DNA of 64,000 bases from Candidatus Saccharimonadota bacterium (GTDB lineage Bacteria > Patescibacteriota > Saccharimonadia > Saccharimonadales > JAXHMH01), in contig JAXHMH010000002.1 in assembly GCA_034521515.1 (NCBI GenBank), forward strand, positions 437,761 through 501,760. The letters are read 5' to 3'. Below are positions 48,466-58,449 of the stretch, one piece after another (position 1 is the first letter of the stretch; each line of letters opens with the position of its first letter). The notes under the pieces are model-generated. The model worked only from the letters and a program-made list of their open reading frames with translations, searched no databases and was not told the DNA's origin. The translations under genes and the position numbers were made by a program.

Positions 48466-50286
48466 ATGGAATTACATAGCAAACAAGCAGCTGATGGCTC
48501 CGGTAAGGAGCAGGCCTCTATTAGAAATTTTTGCATCATTGCTCACATTGATCACGGTAAGTCGACTCTGGCCGACCGTTTTTTGGAAATCACCAGCACG
48601 GTAGAAAAGCGCCAGATGAAAGAACAGCTTTTGGACAAAATGGAGCTGGAGCGAGAAAAAGGTATTACCATCAAGCTAGCACCGGTGCGTATGACCTATA
48701 AGGGTGTTGAGTTAAATCTTATCGATACACCTGGTCACGTTGATTTTAGCTACGAGGTGAGCCGTAGCCTAGAAGCTTGCGAGGGAGCGGTGCTGGTCGT
48801 TGATGCCTCGCAAGGCATTCAAGCACAAACTCTCGCTAACGTTTATCTGGCTATGGAGGCGGAGTTAGAAATTATCCCAGTGCTTAATAAGATTGACTTA
48901 CCGGCAGCTGACACCGAACGAGTAAGCGCCGAAATTATTAGTTTATTGGGTTGTAAAAAAGAAGATATTTTGCATATTTCTGCTAAGACTGGTCAAGGTG
49001 TCGAAGCAGTTCTTGATAAGGTGGTTAACCAAATACCGCCGCCATCAGGAACTCCAAACCATGCTCCACGAGCGCTTATTTTTGACAGTTACTACGATGA
49101 TTATCGCGGGGTTATATTGTATGTGCGAGTTGTTGACGGTCTAATTAAGAAGAATTCTCGCATACGCACTGTTGCTGCAGACGGAGAAGGAATCGCCTTA
49201 GAGGTTGGTTCGTTGCGCCCTGATATGTCACCAGCTAGTGAATTAACTTCAGGAGAAATTGGTTACATCGTGACGAATTTACGAAGTACGCGTGAGGCGA
49301 AAGTTGGCGATACTATTACTGATAAAGATAGGACAGCGACTAAAGCACTACCTGGTTATCGCGATGTTCGGCCATTTGTCTATGCCGGATTTTTCCCGGA
49401 CAGCAACGAAAACTACCAGCCGCTAAAAGATGCTATAGAAAAATTATCGCTCAGTGATTCCGCAATACAGTTTACTCCAGAAAATTCGCCAGTCTTAGGG
49501 TTTGGTATGCGGATTGGGTTTCTGGGGTTGCTCCACATGGATATTGTGCGGGAACGATTAGAAAGGGAGTATAACCTAGATTTAGTAGTTACTAACCCTT
49601 CAACTGATTACAAAGTAGCATTGATAAGTGGTGAAGAAATTGCGATAAAATCAGCCGCCGAGCTGCCGGATCCGGCGAAAATTGCCGAAATCAGGGAACC
49701 TTGGATTAAAGGAGAGGTGGTTGTACCAAAAGAATATGTAGGTGCTGTAGTGCAACTTATAGCCGGTAAACGGGGCTTGCATAAGAATATATCCTTTGTC
49801 GATGCTCGTATTGCGGTGATTACGTTTGATGCGCCATTGGCAAACCTACTTACAGATTTTTATGATCAGTTAAAGAGCCTGACCAGCGGCTACGGATCGT
49901 TTAATTATGAGCTGGCTGATTATCGGGTAGAAGATCTGGTGCGGCTTGATTTTTATGTTGCTGGGGAGTGTATTGAAGCGTTGAGTCTTATGGTGCACCG
50001 TAGTGAAGCGCAATCACTTGGGCGTGAGACTGTTAATAAACTCAAAGACGTTATACCGCGTCAGAATTTTCAGGTTTCATTGCAGGCCGCCATCGGTGGT
50101 AAGTTTATAGCTCGCGAAGATATATCAGCGTACCGAAAGGACGTTACGACTGGACTATATGGCGGCGATGTAAGCCGTAAAAAGAAAGTTCTAGCCAAAC
50201 AAGCCAAAGGTAAAAAACGACTGAAACGTTTTGGAAAGGTCGATATTCCCAACGAGGCCTTTACTGTGCTTATAAAACGCGATTAA
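48466..50286 (+). CDS. lepA: Translation elongation factor 4 (LepA)
   Basis: The G-domain motifs are AHIDHGKST, DTPGH and NKID. The LepA-specific C-terminal domain is present. Confidence 0.9.
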   Translation: MELHSKQAADGSGKEQASIRNFCIIAHIDHGKSTLADRFLEITSTVEKRQMKEQLLDKMELEREKGITIKLAPVRMTYKGVELNLIDTPGHVDFSYEVSRSLEACEGAVLVVDASQGIQAQTLANVYLAMEAELEIIPVLNKIDLPAADTERVSAEIISLLGCKKEDILHISAKTGQGVEAVLDKVVNQIPPPSGTPNHAPRALIFDSYYDDYRGVILYVRVVDGLIKKNSRIRTVAADGEGIALEVGSLRPDMSPASELTSGEIGYIVTNLRSTREAKVGDTITDKDRTATKALPGYRDVRPFVYAGFFPDSNENYQPLKDAIEKLSLSDSAIQFTPENSPVLGFGMRIGFLGLLHMDIVRERLEREYNLDLVVTNPSTDYKVALISGEEIAIKSAAELPDPAKIAEIREPWIKGEVVVPKEYVGAVVQLIAGKRGLHKNISFVDARIAVITFDAPLANLLTDFYDQLKSLTSGYGSFNYELADYRVEDLVRLDFYVAGECIEALSLMVHRSEAQSLGRETVNKLKDVIPRQNFQVSLQAAIGGKFIAREDISAYRKDVTTGLYGGDVSRKKKVLAKQAKGKKRLKRFGKVDIPNEAFTVLIKRD

Positions 50287-50324
50287 AACTGGTAATTACC
50301 CCTGTTTTCTGCTATAAATATGCT

Positions 50325-51059
50325 ATGAATAAACTGCGTCACTTAGACGAATTTAAAAAAATACTGGCTGACTACTCTATGTCACCAGAAAGCAAACAAA
50401 TATTACGAGAGACCAACTTAGTGCTGTTGGTTGCACCAACTTCAGCTGGACGCAACACTATTATCAGAGAGCTGATTAAGACCGGTGATTATCATTTTAT
50501 TGTTTCCGATACGACACGTCGCCCTCGTACCAATGATGGCGTTGCGGAAAAAAACGGCGTTGAGTACTGGTTTAAAAGCGAAGAAGATGTCTTATTGGAC
50601 TTAAAAGCAGGTAAATATCTAGAGGCGGCAGTTATTCATAGTCAACAAGTTTCGGGTATAAGTATGCGTGAACTTTCTCGAGCATCCCGGGAGAATAAAA
50701 TTGCAATTACCGATATCGAGGTAGAAGGGGTTAAGCATATCATGTCTATACCGAGTAACACCTACCCGATTTTTGTGTTGCCGCCAAGTTTTGAGGAATG
50801 GCAACACAGGCTCAGGCATCGTGGCGAAATGAGCTCCGAAGAAGTGCGGCGGCGTTTGCAGAGCGCGTGTGATGAGTTGAGTGAGGCAATAAAACAGCCG
50901 TATTATACATTCGTGATTAACGATACTGTCGAAGAAGCAATATCTCAGATTCATCAGTTAGCCAAAATGGGTGTGACTGACCCGGCAACACAAAAAAGCG
51001 GCCGCAACTTAGCTGAACAGCTATACATCCAAACCAAAGCTTACCTAGATTTCCAGTAA
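50325..51059 (+). CDS. gmk: Guanylate kinase homologue with atypical P-loop (APTSAGRNT)
   Basis: VSDTTRRPR, IFVLPPS and RLRHRG align with Gmk. The P-loop Lys is replaced by Arg. Confidence 0.6.
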   Translation: MNKLRHLDEFKKILADYSMSPESKQILRETNLVLLVAPTSAGRNTIIRELIKTGDYHFIVSDTTRRPRTNDGVAEKNGVEYWFKSEEDVLLDLKAGKYLEAAVIHSQQVSGISMRELSRASRENKIAITDIEVEGVKHIMSIPSNTYPIFVLPPSFEEWQHRLRHRGEMSSEEVRRRLQSACDELSEAIKQPYYTFVINDTVEEAISQIHQLAKMGVTDPATQKSGRNLAEQLYIQTKAYLDFQ

Positions 51060-51109
51060 AGTTTCAATTACCTCTGATCGCTTGCATTATTACACCACAT
51101 TCTCTTCTA

Positions 51110-51130
51110 TTCCAAGACCAGGTCTTGGAA
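51110..51130. repeat. REP-like palindrome TTCCAAGAC-CAG-GTCTTGGAA (solo copy, with outer inverted arms about 51088..51150)
   Basis: The same 21-bp core flanks the RAYT gene at 62361 and 63063. Confidence 0.7.
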
Positions 51131-51197
51131 ATCGGAGAAATGTGGTATAGATGTTATTTTTGGCGTGCTATTAGCGGCGTAGTTAAGGCTACGCTTT

Positions 51198-51280
51198 GCT
51201 TTAGTCCTCGAAGAGAACTTACACTCTGCACATGCTCAGTCAACTCTGGACAACAAAGTCAGTTGGCACTCTTGACCATG
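51198..51280. repeat. Imperfect direct repeat copy 1 (about 80 bp) upstream of hrcA
   Basis: It shares ...AAAGTCAGTTGGCACTCTTGAC... with 51388..51465. Confidence 0.55.
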
Positions 51281-51448
51281 CCAAGACTACCAACATAACG
51301 TTCACTACCAGCACCGCCTGTTGCACGCCTATCTTGCCAGTTTCTTTTCCAGTCCAGCTACGCTGTAGCAACAACTACACCTTGCTCTGGTCTTCAAAGA
51401 GAACTACCAAGCTAGGCATGCCCAGTCGGTGCCGGACAATAAAGTCAG

Positions 51449-51475
51449 TTGGCACTCTTGACATGAGACTGCTAA
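51449..51475. promoter_or_regulatory. CIRCE-like HrcA operator TTGGCACTC-N9-GACTGCTAA with overlapping TTGACA -35 hexamer
   Basis: It has 2 mismatches to TTAGCACTC-N9-GAGTGCTAA and lies 26 nt upstream of the hrcA start. Confidence 0.6.
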
Positions 51476-51500
51476 ATTTATAAACTGGCAGTGTTACGCT

Positions 51501-52214
51501 ATGAGTGCTATGACATCACGACAAGAAGGAATATTACGAGCGATCGTTGAGCAATATGCAGAGGTCGCTAGCCCGGTTGGGTCTAGTTTGCTCGCGAAAC
51601 TTTTTGACGTGTCATCAGCTACCATTCGTGCCGATATGGCCGAGCTTGAACAGCTAGGCTACATAAGCCAGCCCCATACCAGTGCGGGGCGCGTACCAAC
51701 TGATATAGGGTATCGTTTTTACGTTAACAATTTAAGTATCGGTGAAGAATCCGCCGCCGAAAAACGTGCCGAAAAGGCATTGAGCGTAAGGGTTGGTCAC
51801 GGTGGTGTGCCGGATCGCATGATTCGCAATGCCGTCGATACGTTAGTAGAACTGACTCACAATCTCGGTATGGCGACACTTGGCGACCAACTATATATGA
51901 GCGGTTTATCTAACCTTTTTGGTCAACCAGAGTTCATGCACAAAGGGCAAGTCCAGCAAGTTGCGAGGTTGCTGGACAATCTTGAACCATGGCTCAAAGA
52001 GGTGGCACCTAATGAGCCGCTGAATGTTTATATTGGCGCCGAGAATCCCATTGGGCGGACTGCAGGATGCAGCTTAATTATCAGCAAATTCCGCAGCCCG
52101 TATAGTGATCAAAGCTATATCGGTGTACTTGGCCCAACCCGTCAAAGTTACCGTGACGTTATAGGGTTGGTACGCCACGCCGGACAATCACTAGAGGAAT
52201 CGCTATACGCGTAA
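51501..52214 (+). CDS. hrcA: Heat-inducible transcription repressor HrcA (short form)
   Basis: The N-terminal winged helix is ILRAIVEQYAEVASPVGSSLLA. It is the first gene of the grpE-dnaK operon. Confidence 0.8.
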   Translation: MSAMTSRQEGILRAIVEQYAEVASPVGSSLLAKLFDVSSATIRADMAELEQLGYISQPHTSAGRVPTDIGYRFYVNNLSIGEESAAEKRAEKALSVRVGHGGVPDRMIRNAVDTLVELTHNLGMATLGDQLYMSGLSNLFGQPEFMHKGQVQQVARLLDNLEPWLKEVAPNEPLNVYIGAENPIGRTAGCSLIISKFRSPYSDQSYIGVLGPTRQSYRDVIGLVRHAGQSLEESLYA

Positions 52215-52233
52215 GAGTAAGGAGTATTGAGTT

Positions 52234-52806
52234 ATGAGTCATGATAAAAAAGACAAGAATGCAAAGAAGCAAACTACCAAAGATTTAGAGCAGCAAGTCT
52301 CGCAGCTCGCCGCTCAAGTCTATGAGCTTACTGAAGCATTACAACGCGAACGGGCAGATGCTGATAACATTAGGCGTCATCATGCTGACGAACTTTCTAA
52401 TCTAAAGAATGTGGTGAAAGCTGGTGTGGTACGGGATTTATTGCCGATTATCGATAATTTTGACCGTTCACTGAGGCATGTTCCAAAAGAGCTCCAAAAC
52501 AACGATTATGTAAAAGGAGTTCAGGGTATAGTTAAGCAGTTTGAAAAGACGCTGGGCGATATCGGTGTAACGCGCATCAAAACCGTGGGTGAAGTTTTTG
52601 ACCCCCGGTTACATGAGGCGATAAGCGTGGAAGACGGCGACCCTTCGACAAGCTCAGGGCAAGTGGTTGAAGTTATTTGCGAGGAACTTCAGTCAGGTTA
52701 CGCACTTGGTAACGAAGTTATCCGCCACGCCATGGTGAAAGTGCGGATGGAATCCGCACCGGAAGATGCAAAAAGCAATAAGCAAAAGGAGGGCGAAGCG
52801 ACATGA
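52234..52806 (+). CDS. grpE: Nucleotide exchange factor GrpE
   Basis: Coiled-coil N-terminus and a GrpE C-terminal beta-domain (GDPSTSSGQVVEVICEELQSGYALGNEVIRHAMVKV). Confidence 0.85.
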   Translation: MSHDKKDKNAKKQTTKDLEQQVSQLAAQVYELTEALQRERADADNIRRHHADELSNLKNVVKAGVVRDLLPIIDNFDRSLRHVPKELQNNDYVKGVQGIVKQFEKTLGDIGVTRIKTVGEVFDPRLHEAISVEDGDPSTSSGQVVEVICEELQSGYALGNEVIRHAMVKVRMESAPEDAKSNKQKEGEAT

Positions 52807-52868
52807 TTTTGGTAAACAACAATTGTAAATTGAGCATTGAAAATTAGGCAACTGAAAGGAGTAAAGCA

Positions 52869-54806
52869 ATGGGAAAGATAATAGGAATAGATTTAGGAAC
52901 AACTAACAGCGCGATGGCGGTAATGCAGGCTGGTAAGCCAGAAATTATTGCCAACAGCGAAGGTAACCGCACCACACCAAGTGTAGTGGCGGTGAATAAG
53001 AATAAAGAGCGTTTGGTTGGCCAGGTGGCTCGTCGTCAACAGGTCACTAACTCTAAAAACACAATTTATGAAGTCAAGCGTCTGATTGGTCGCCGCTGGG
53101 AAGACAAAGAAGTCCAGCGAGACATCAAGCTTATGGGTTACGAAATTGTTAAGAGTGGTAACGGCGTTAAAGTCAAAATGGGCGATAAAGAGTACAGTCC
53201 AGAAGAGGTCAGTGCTATGGTGCTCGGAAAACTTAAGGCCGACGCCGAGAGTTTTTTGGGTGACAAAGTAACCGAAGCAGTCATTACCGTGCCGGCTTAT
53301 TTTGATGATTCTCAGAGGCAAGCTACTAAAGATGCTGGTAAGATTGCCGGCCTTGAGGTTAAGCGCATTATCAATGAACCAACAGCTGCAGCACTTGCTT
53401 ACGGTCTTGATAAAGAAGCTAAAAAAGATGAGAAGATTGCCGTATATGACCTTGGCGGCGGTACGTTTGACGTATCTATTCTAGAACTGGGTGATGGCGT
53501 GTTTGAGGTTAAAGCAACCAACGGTGACACACACCTAGGTGGCGCTGATTTTGACCGCATCGTCGTCAACTACTTTGCTGATGAGTTCAAGAAGGAACAC
53601 GGCATTGATATTGGCGATGACAGAGCTGCTATGCAGCGTCTGCGCGATGAGGCAGAAAAGGCTAAGATTGAGCTATCTACTACTAATGAAGTGGATATTA
53701 ACCTGCCGTTTTTGACCGCTGATGCCGATGGTCCAAAACACTTTGAGCACAAGCTGACACGCGCCAAACTTGAAAGTTTGGTTAGTGAGCTAATTGAAAA
53801 GACAGCTGCACCGTGTGATAAAGCACTCAAAGACGCCGGTGTCAAAGCCAGCGACATTGATGCTGTTGTATTGGTTGGCGGTATGACCCGAATGCCAGCA
53901 GTACAGGAGAAAGTCAAAAAGATCTTTAACAAGGATCCGATGAAAGGTGTAAACCCAGACGAGGTTGTAGCCATCGGTGCTGCTATTCAAGGAGGCGTGC
54001 TGCAGGGCGACGTTAAAGATGTGCTACTGCTGGATGTTACGCCATTAAGCCTTGGCATCGAGACGCTTGGCGGCGTGGCTACCAAGTTGATTGAACGCAA
54101 TACTACTATTCCGACCAGTAAGAGCGAAACATTCTCTACCGCCGCCGACAACCAGCCACAAGTAGAAATCCATGTGGTACAGGGTGAGCGCGAAATGGTG
54201 GCTGATAATAAATCACTTGGCCGTTTTATCTTAGATGGCATTCCGCCGGCACCGCGTGGCGTACCTCAAGTTGAGGTAACATTTAATCTGGATGCCAACG
54301 GTATCTTAAACGTCAGCGCTAAGGACAAAGGTTCCGGTAAAGAGCAAAGCATTACTATCCAAAACAGTTCCGGTTTGTCTAAAGAAGAAGTCGATAAGAT
54401 GGCTAAAGATGCTGAGGCTCACGCTGATGAAGATAAGAAAAAGCGCGAAGCAATAGATGCGCGCAACGTGCTAGATAGCACGATCTACCAGGCAGAGAAG
54501 CTAAAAGGCGATAACGAAGAGAAACTGTCAGATGATGACAAGAAAACCCTCGATGAAGCGGTTGAAACAGCTAAGAAAGTTGTGGCAGATGAAAAGGCCG
54601 ATAAAGACGCACTTGAAGCAGCTGCCAAGGAGTTGAACGATAAAATCATGCCGATTGGAGCGAAACTTTATGAGGAGGCCGGAAAGGCCGACGAATCCTC
54701 CGAAGCTTCAGCGAAGGACGGAGAGAAAGCGAAAGAAGAACCCGAAGAAGCTGAAGTTGTTGACGAAGACTCCGAAGAAGACGGGAAAAAAGACAAGAAG
54801 AATTAA
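52869..54806 (+). CDS. dnaK: Chaperone DnaK (Hsp70)
   Basis: Carries [18 protein letters not shown] and the other Hsp70 signatures over its full length. Confidence 0.95.
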   Translation: MGKIIGIDLGTTNSAMAVMQAGKPEIIANSEGNRTTPSVVAVNKNKERLVGQVARRQQVTNSKNTIYEVKRLIGRRWEDKEVQRDIKLMGYEIVKSGNGVKVKMGDKEYSPEEVSAMVLGKLKADAESFLGDKVTEAVITVPAYFDDSQRQATKDAGKIAGLEVKRIINEPTAAALAYGLDKEAKKDEKIAVYDLGGGTFDVSILELGDGVFEVKATNGDTHLGGADFDRIVVNYFADEFKKEHGIDIGDDRAAMQRLRDEAEKAKIELSTTNEVDINLPFLTADADGPKHFEHKLTRAKLESLVSELIEKTAAPCDKALKDAGVKASDIDAVVLVGGMTRMPAVQEKVKKIFNKDPMKGVNPDEVVAIGAAIQGGVLQGDVKDVLLLDVTPLSLGIETLGGVATKLIERNTTIPTSKSETFSTAADNQPQVEIHVVQGEREMVADNKSLGRFILDGIPPAPRGVPQVEVTFNLDANGILNVSAKDKGSGKEQSITIQNSSGLSKEEVDKMAKDAEAHADEDKKKREAIDARNVLDSTIYQAEKLKGDNEEKLSDDDKKTLDEAVETAKKVVADEKADKDALEAAAKELNDKIMPIGAKLYEEAGKADESSEASAKDGEKAKEEPEEAEVVDEDSEEDGKKDKKN

Positions 54807-54918
54807 TATAGGGTAATATGACGGGCGAATGTTCGTAAACTTTTAGGTAATTATTGAACAGCTCGTCCGTCACCCGTACCAATAGAATGTAAGCAGTAGC
54901 AAATCGAGGAGGCACAAA

Positions 54919-55044
54919 ATGCAGGAACTTATTGAAGATTTACGGGCGGCTTTGGATCAAATGAACCGCAGCTTGAACACAATTGCTGAAAATACCGAAA
55001 AAACCAACCAACTCCTCGAAACTCTAGCCAAGGACAAAGAGTAA
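54919..55044 (+). CDS. 41-aa coiled-coil micro-protein (MQELIEDLRAALDQMNRSLNTIAENTEKTNQLLETLAKDKE)
   Basis: A strong GAGGAGG SD lies 8 nt upstream of the ATG. It is below the ORF-track cutoff. It sits between dnaK and dnaJ. Confidence 0.4.
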   Translation: MQELIEDLRAALDQMNRSLNTIAENTEKTNQLLETLAKDKE

Positions 55045-55047
55045 GTC

Positions 55048-55305
55048 GTGACAGACCGTGGTACCGAAGCTGCTTTCCAGGAGATTGCCATACACGAAGC
55101 CGCACAAGATAGACGTCTTCGAGGATCCCTAGAATGGCTACTATTGGGTGATACGTACGAAGTATCCCAACACTTCTTAGAAGATGTTGATCACGACGAT
55201 ATACTAGAAGATGTCGCTGAACGGTATCAGATTGGGCGTGAAGGTGCGCTCCGAGCTCATGAATTGTGTGAGCAGGAAATAGAGGAGAGAATGAATAATG
55301 GCTAA
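55048..55305 (+). CDS. Small acidic hypothetical protein (GTG start)
   Basis: 85-aa ORF that starts 3 nt after the micro-protein stop. Confidence 0.35.
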   Translation: MTDRGTEAAFQEIAIHEAAQDRRLRGSLEWLLLGDTYEVSQHFLEDVDHDDILEDVAERYQIGREGALRAHELCEQEIEERMNNG

Positions 55306-55410
55306 GCGAGATTACTACCTCAGTATCAAAATCTTGAAGCGTCATAATCTGATTGCAGGCTGCTTTGCTCAGGATTTGATGTGGGGTAAGCAAAATACTA
55401 GGATGGGTAT

Positions 55411-56520
55411 ATGAGTAAGAGAGATTACTACGAGGTTTTGGGTGTTTCAAAAAACGCTTCTGCTGATGAGATTAAAAAGGCTTATCGAAAGAAGGCCGTT
55501 GAGTTTCATCCAGATAAAGAAGGTGGTGATGAAGCCAAATTCAAAGAAGTCAATGAAGCTTATGAAGTTCTAAAAGATTCATCCAAAAAACAGCGCTATG
55601 ATCAGTTTGGCCATGCTGGTGTTGGAGGTAATGGCGGCGGTGGCGGCGATCCATTTGCTGGTTTTGGTGGGTTCGGCGGTCAAGGTCAGAATGTTAACTT
55701 TGATTTTGGTGAGGGCGATTTAGGCGATATTTTTGGCAGCTTCTTTGGTGGCGGACAACAACGACGCCGGCGTAAAAATCGCGGTCGTGACGTGGAGACA
55801 TCTCTTGAAATTAGCTTTGAAGACGCTGTTTTTGGCACTGAAGTAGATTTGAGCGTAACCCTTGATGACACCTGTGATCATTGCAAGGGCGACACAGTTG
55901 AACCGGGGCACGAACTAAAAACATGCGATGAATGTAAGGGTTCCGGTCAAACAGTCCGGGTAATGCGCACCGTGTTTGGTAACATCCAACAAGCAACGGT
56001 ATGCCCGAAATGTGAGGGACGGGGCAAAGTTCCCGAAAAAGTTTGCTCGGTATGTCGCGGTAAAGGTACACAGGAAAAGAAGCAATCTATCGGGCTTAAA
56101 ATACCGGCCGGCGTAGATGATGGTGCTACGATTCGTTTGCGTGAACATGGCGAGGCGGTAGCTAATGGTCCAAAAGGTGATTTATACGTAAATGTAAGGG
56201 TTAAGCCACACAAGAAGTTCATTAGGGAAGGTGATCTAATTTTGAGTGATGAGACGGTTAGTATGGCTGATGCGGCGCTCGGTACAACTATTGAGGTCGA
56301 TACTATTGATGGCCCGGTGAAAATGAAGATACCAGCCGGCACACAAAGCGGCACGGACTTCAAGTTATCAAATCACGGCGTACCGCATCTAAAGCGTGAT
56401 ACTCGCGGCGCACATATCGTCACCATCCACGTAGAAACCCCAACCAAGCTCACCAAAAAACAAAAAGAGCTACTAGAACAACTTAAAGAGGAATCTGGTA
56501 AACGTCCTTTCTTTGCATAG
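55411..56520 (+). CDS. dnaJ: Chaperone DnaJ
   Basis: J-domain with HPD, a G/F-rich linker, four CxxCxGxG zinc-finger repeats, and the C-terminal domain. Confidence 0.9.
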   Translation: MSKRDYYEVLGVSKNASADEIKKAYRKKAVEFHPDKEGGDEAKFKEVNEAYEVLKDSSKKQRYDQFGHAGVGGNGGGGGDPFAGFGGFGGQGQNVNFDFGEGDLGDIFGSFFGGGQQRRRRKNRGRDVETSLEISFEDAVFGTEVDLSVTLDDTCDHCKGDTVEPGHELKTCDECKGSGQTVRVMRTVFGNIQQATVCPKCEGRGKVPEKVCSVCRGKGTQEKKQSIGLKIPAGVDDGATIRLREHGEAVANGPKGDLYVNVRVKPHKKFIREGDLILSDETVSMADAALGTTIEVDTIDGPVKMKIPAGTQSGTDFKLSNHGVPHLKRDTRGAHIVTIHVETPTKLTKKQKELLEQLKEESGKRPFFA

Positions 56521-56939
56521 CAAGCATGAGCATTTCTAAATTTGCAAAATCATGGCAATCAATATGATTAACTAGGATTGTTATTGCTTTACGGCGGGGA
56601 ACAGAGTGGCTTTTGAGGATTTTAAACGTAGTTTAGGTATAGAAACTTTCGAACAAAGAAAAAGTCTGCGAGAAATAGACCTTGAGGTAAGGCAGACTCT
56701 TGCAGCAACTGCTGACGAGGACATGTACGAAGAAAAGACCCAATCTAAAAACAGATAAATACTCTGTACAAAACACTAGAGTTAATGCCATAATTGCGCA
56801 TAGATGAAGCTCAAACAAAACCAGAACGGGTTTATTACGATGGTCGTCGTCATGCTAGTGATTCTAGTCGCGGCGTTTATTCTCGCTTTCATGCGTGTTT
56901 ATAACGCCCAGCTTTAGGTGCAAAATAGGGAACGAAAGA

Positions 56940-56968
56940 TTGACAGAGTAAATCGTAAGTGCTATAAT
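56940..56968 (+). promoter_or_regulatory. Consensus sigma-70 promoter TTGACA-N17-TATAAT
   Basis: Both hexamers are perfect with 17-bp spacing. It lies about 95 nt upstream of the RimK-cluster first gene. A 30-codon uORF (56975..57070) overlaps the start of the 57063 gene. Confidence 0.55.
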
Positions 56969-57062
56969 ATACAAATGTCATTAGAAGCCTTATCTCCTAT
57001 TGAAAAAATCCAATATATCGAAGCTATTGTAGACTCTGAGCCAGAGATCGCAAGGTACCAAA

Positions 57063-57479
57063 ATGCCTAAAGATAAGCGCAAGGTAGTTGGTTCATTTGA
57101 GACCATCTTATTTACTGAATTTAATAATTATACTGCATGCGCAAAAATCGACACTGGCGCTTACACCGGCGCGCTGCATTGCACTAAAGTCTTTGAGGAG
57201 AAAGACAGTAAAGGGAGAGCTGTACTTAAATTCTCACCATTTGACCATCCGGAAATAGTTATGGAGACACGAAAGTTTAGTGCAAAGGACGTCAAAAGTA
57301 GCAATGGCAGTAAACAGGAACGCTATTTTATTAAAACTAAGATTAAGTTACAGGGTGTGATATACCCGATTACCATCAGTTTAGCCGATAGAGCCGAGAT
57401 GAGATATGAGGTCTTGATTGGTCGTAGGTTTTTACAGAAGTATAATTTCTTAGTTGACGTTAATAGAGGAAAAAAGTAA
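57063..57479 (+). CDS. RimK-associated retropepsin-like protein (putative ATP-dependent zinc protease family, PF05618-like)
   Basis: AKIDTGAYTGALH is an aspartic-protease-like D-T-G-A motif. The gene sits immediately upstream of rimK and overlaps it, as is typical for this pairing. Confidence 0.55.
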   Translation: MPKDKRKVVGSFETILFTEFNNYTACAKIDTGAYTGALHCTKVFEEKDSKGRAVLKFSPFDHPEIVMETRKFSAKDVKSSNGSKQERYFIKTKIKLQGVIYPITISLADRAEMRYEVLIGRRFLQKYNFLVDVNRGKK

Positions 57480-58404
57480 GGTCAATCCTATGAAGATAGC
57501 AATATTATCACGAGGCCCGGGTAACTACTCAGTCAAACGGTTTATGCAAGAGTCTGTTGATCGAGGTCATGAAGTTTTAGTAGTTGATTATACCAAGTGT
57601 TTCGCGACGATCGAAAAGAGCAATCCAATCGTTAGCTATGAGGGGTTAGATCTCAATGACTTGGACGTAATCATCCCACGAATTGGGTCGTCTTATACGC
57701 GTTATGGTAGTGCAATTGTACGTCAGTTTGAGATGCGCAACGTGTTTACTACTACTAGTTCTATTGCGCTTACTCGTTCACGTGATAAATTGCGAAGTAT
57801 GCAGGTGTTAGCGCGTGCTGGTGTGGGAATACCTAAAACAGTCTTCTCGCGCGGTGTAACTACAGACATTGATGAGTTAATCGATGATATTGGTGGAACA
57901 CCTGTGATTATTAAGTTAGCTCGTGGTACTCACGGCAATGGTGTTGTTCTCGCGGAAACCAAAAAGGCTGCTAAGTCTGTACTGCAGGCCTTTTACGTTA
58001 TGGATGATGATGGCACTAATATTTTACTGCAAGAATTTATCGCTGAATCTGCTGGTACTGACATCCGAGCGTTTATTGTTGGTGGCAAAGTTGTTGCTAG
58101 TATGCAGAGACAAAGTTTGGACGATGATTTTAGATCGAACCTACACCAAGGGGGTGAAGGTAAACCCGTTAAGTTGACTGACGAAGAAAAGAAAACCGCT
58201 CAGAAAGCGGCTAAATCTCTCGGGTTATCTATATGTGGCGTTGATATGATGCGTTCCGATAAAGGGCCGTTAATATTGGAGGTTAATCCAAGCCCCGGTC
58301 TTGGCATAGAACACGTAACTGGTCGCAATGTTGCCGGTAAAATTATTGACTATGTTGAACAAAATGCTCGCGGTAAACGCAAACGAGACCGCGTAGGTGC
58401 TTAG
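57454..58404 (+). CDS. rimK: RimK-family alpha-L-glutamate ligase (ATP-grasp)
   Basis: MKIAILSRGPGNYSVKRF...ARGTHGNGVVL, with the ATP-grasp motifs. Confidence 0.85.
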   Translation: MTLIEEKSKVNPMKIAILSRGPGNYSVKRFMQESVDRGHEVLVVDYTKCFATIEKSNPIVSYEGLDLNDLDVIIPRIGSSYTRYGSAIVRQFEMRNVFTTTSSIALTRSRDKLRSMQVLARAGVGIPKTVFSRGVTTDIDELIDDIGGTPVIIKLARGTHGNGVVLAETKKAAKSVLQAFYVMDDDGTNILLQEFIAESAGTDIRAFIVGGKVVASMQRQSLDDDFRSNLHQGGEGKPVKLTDEEKKTAQKAAKSLGLSICGVDMMRSDKGPLILEVNPSPGLGIEHVTGRNVAGKIIDYVEQNARGKRKRDRVGA

Positions 58405-58449
58405 CCTTTAAATCTAGCTGTACTCGGCTACTGTTACAATAAGCGTTAT

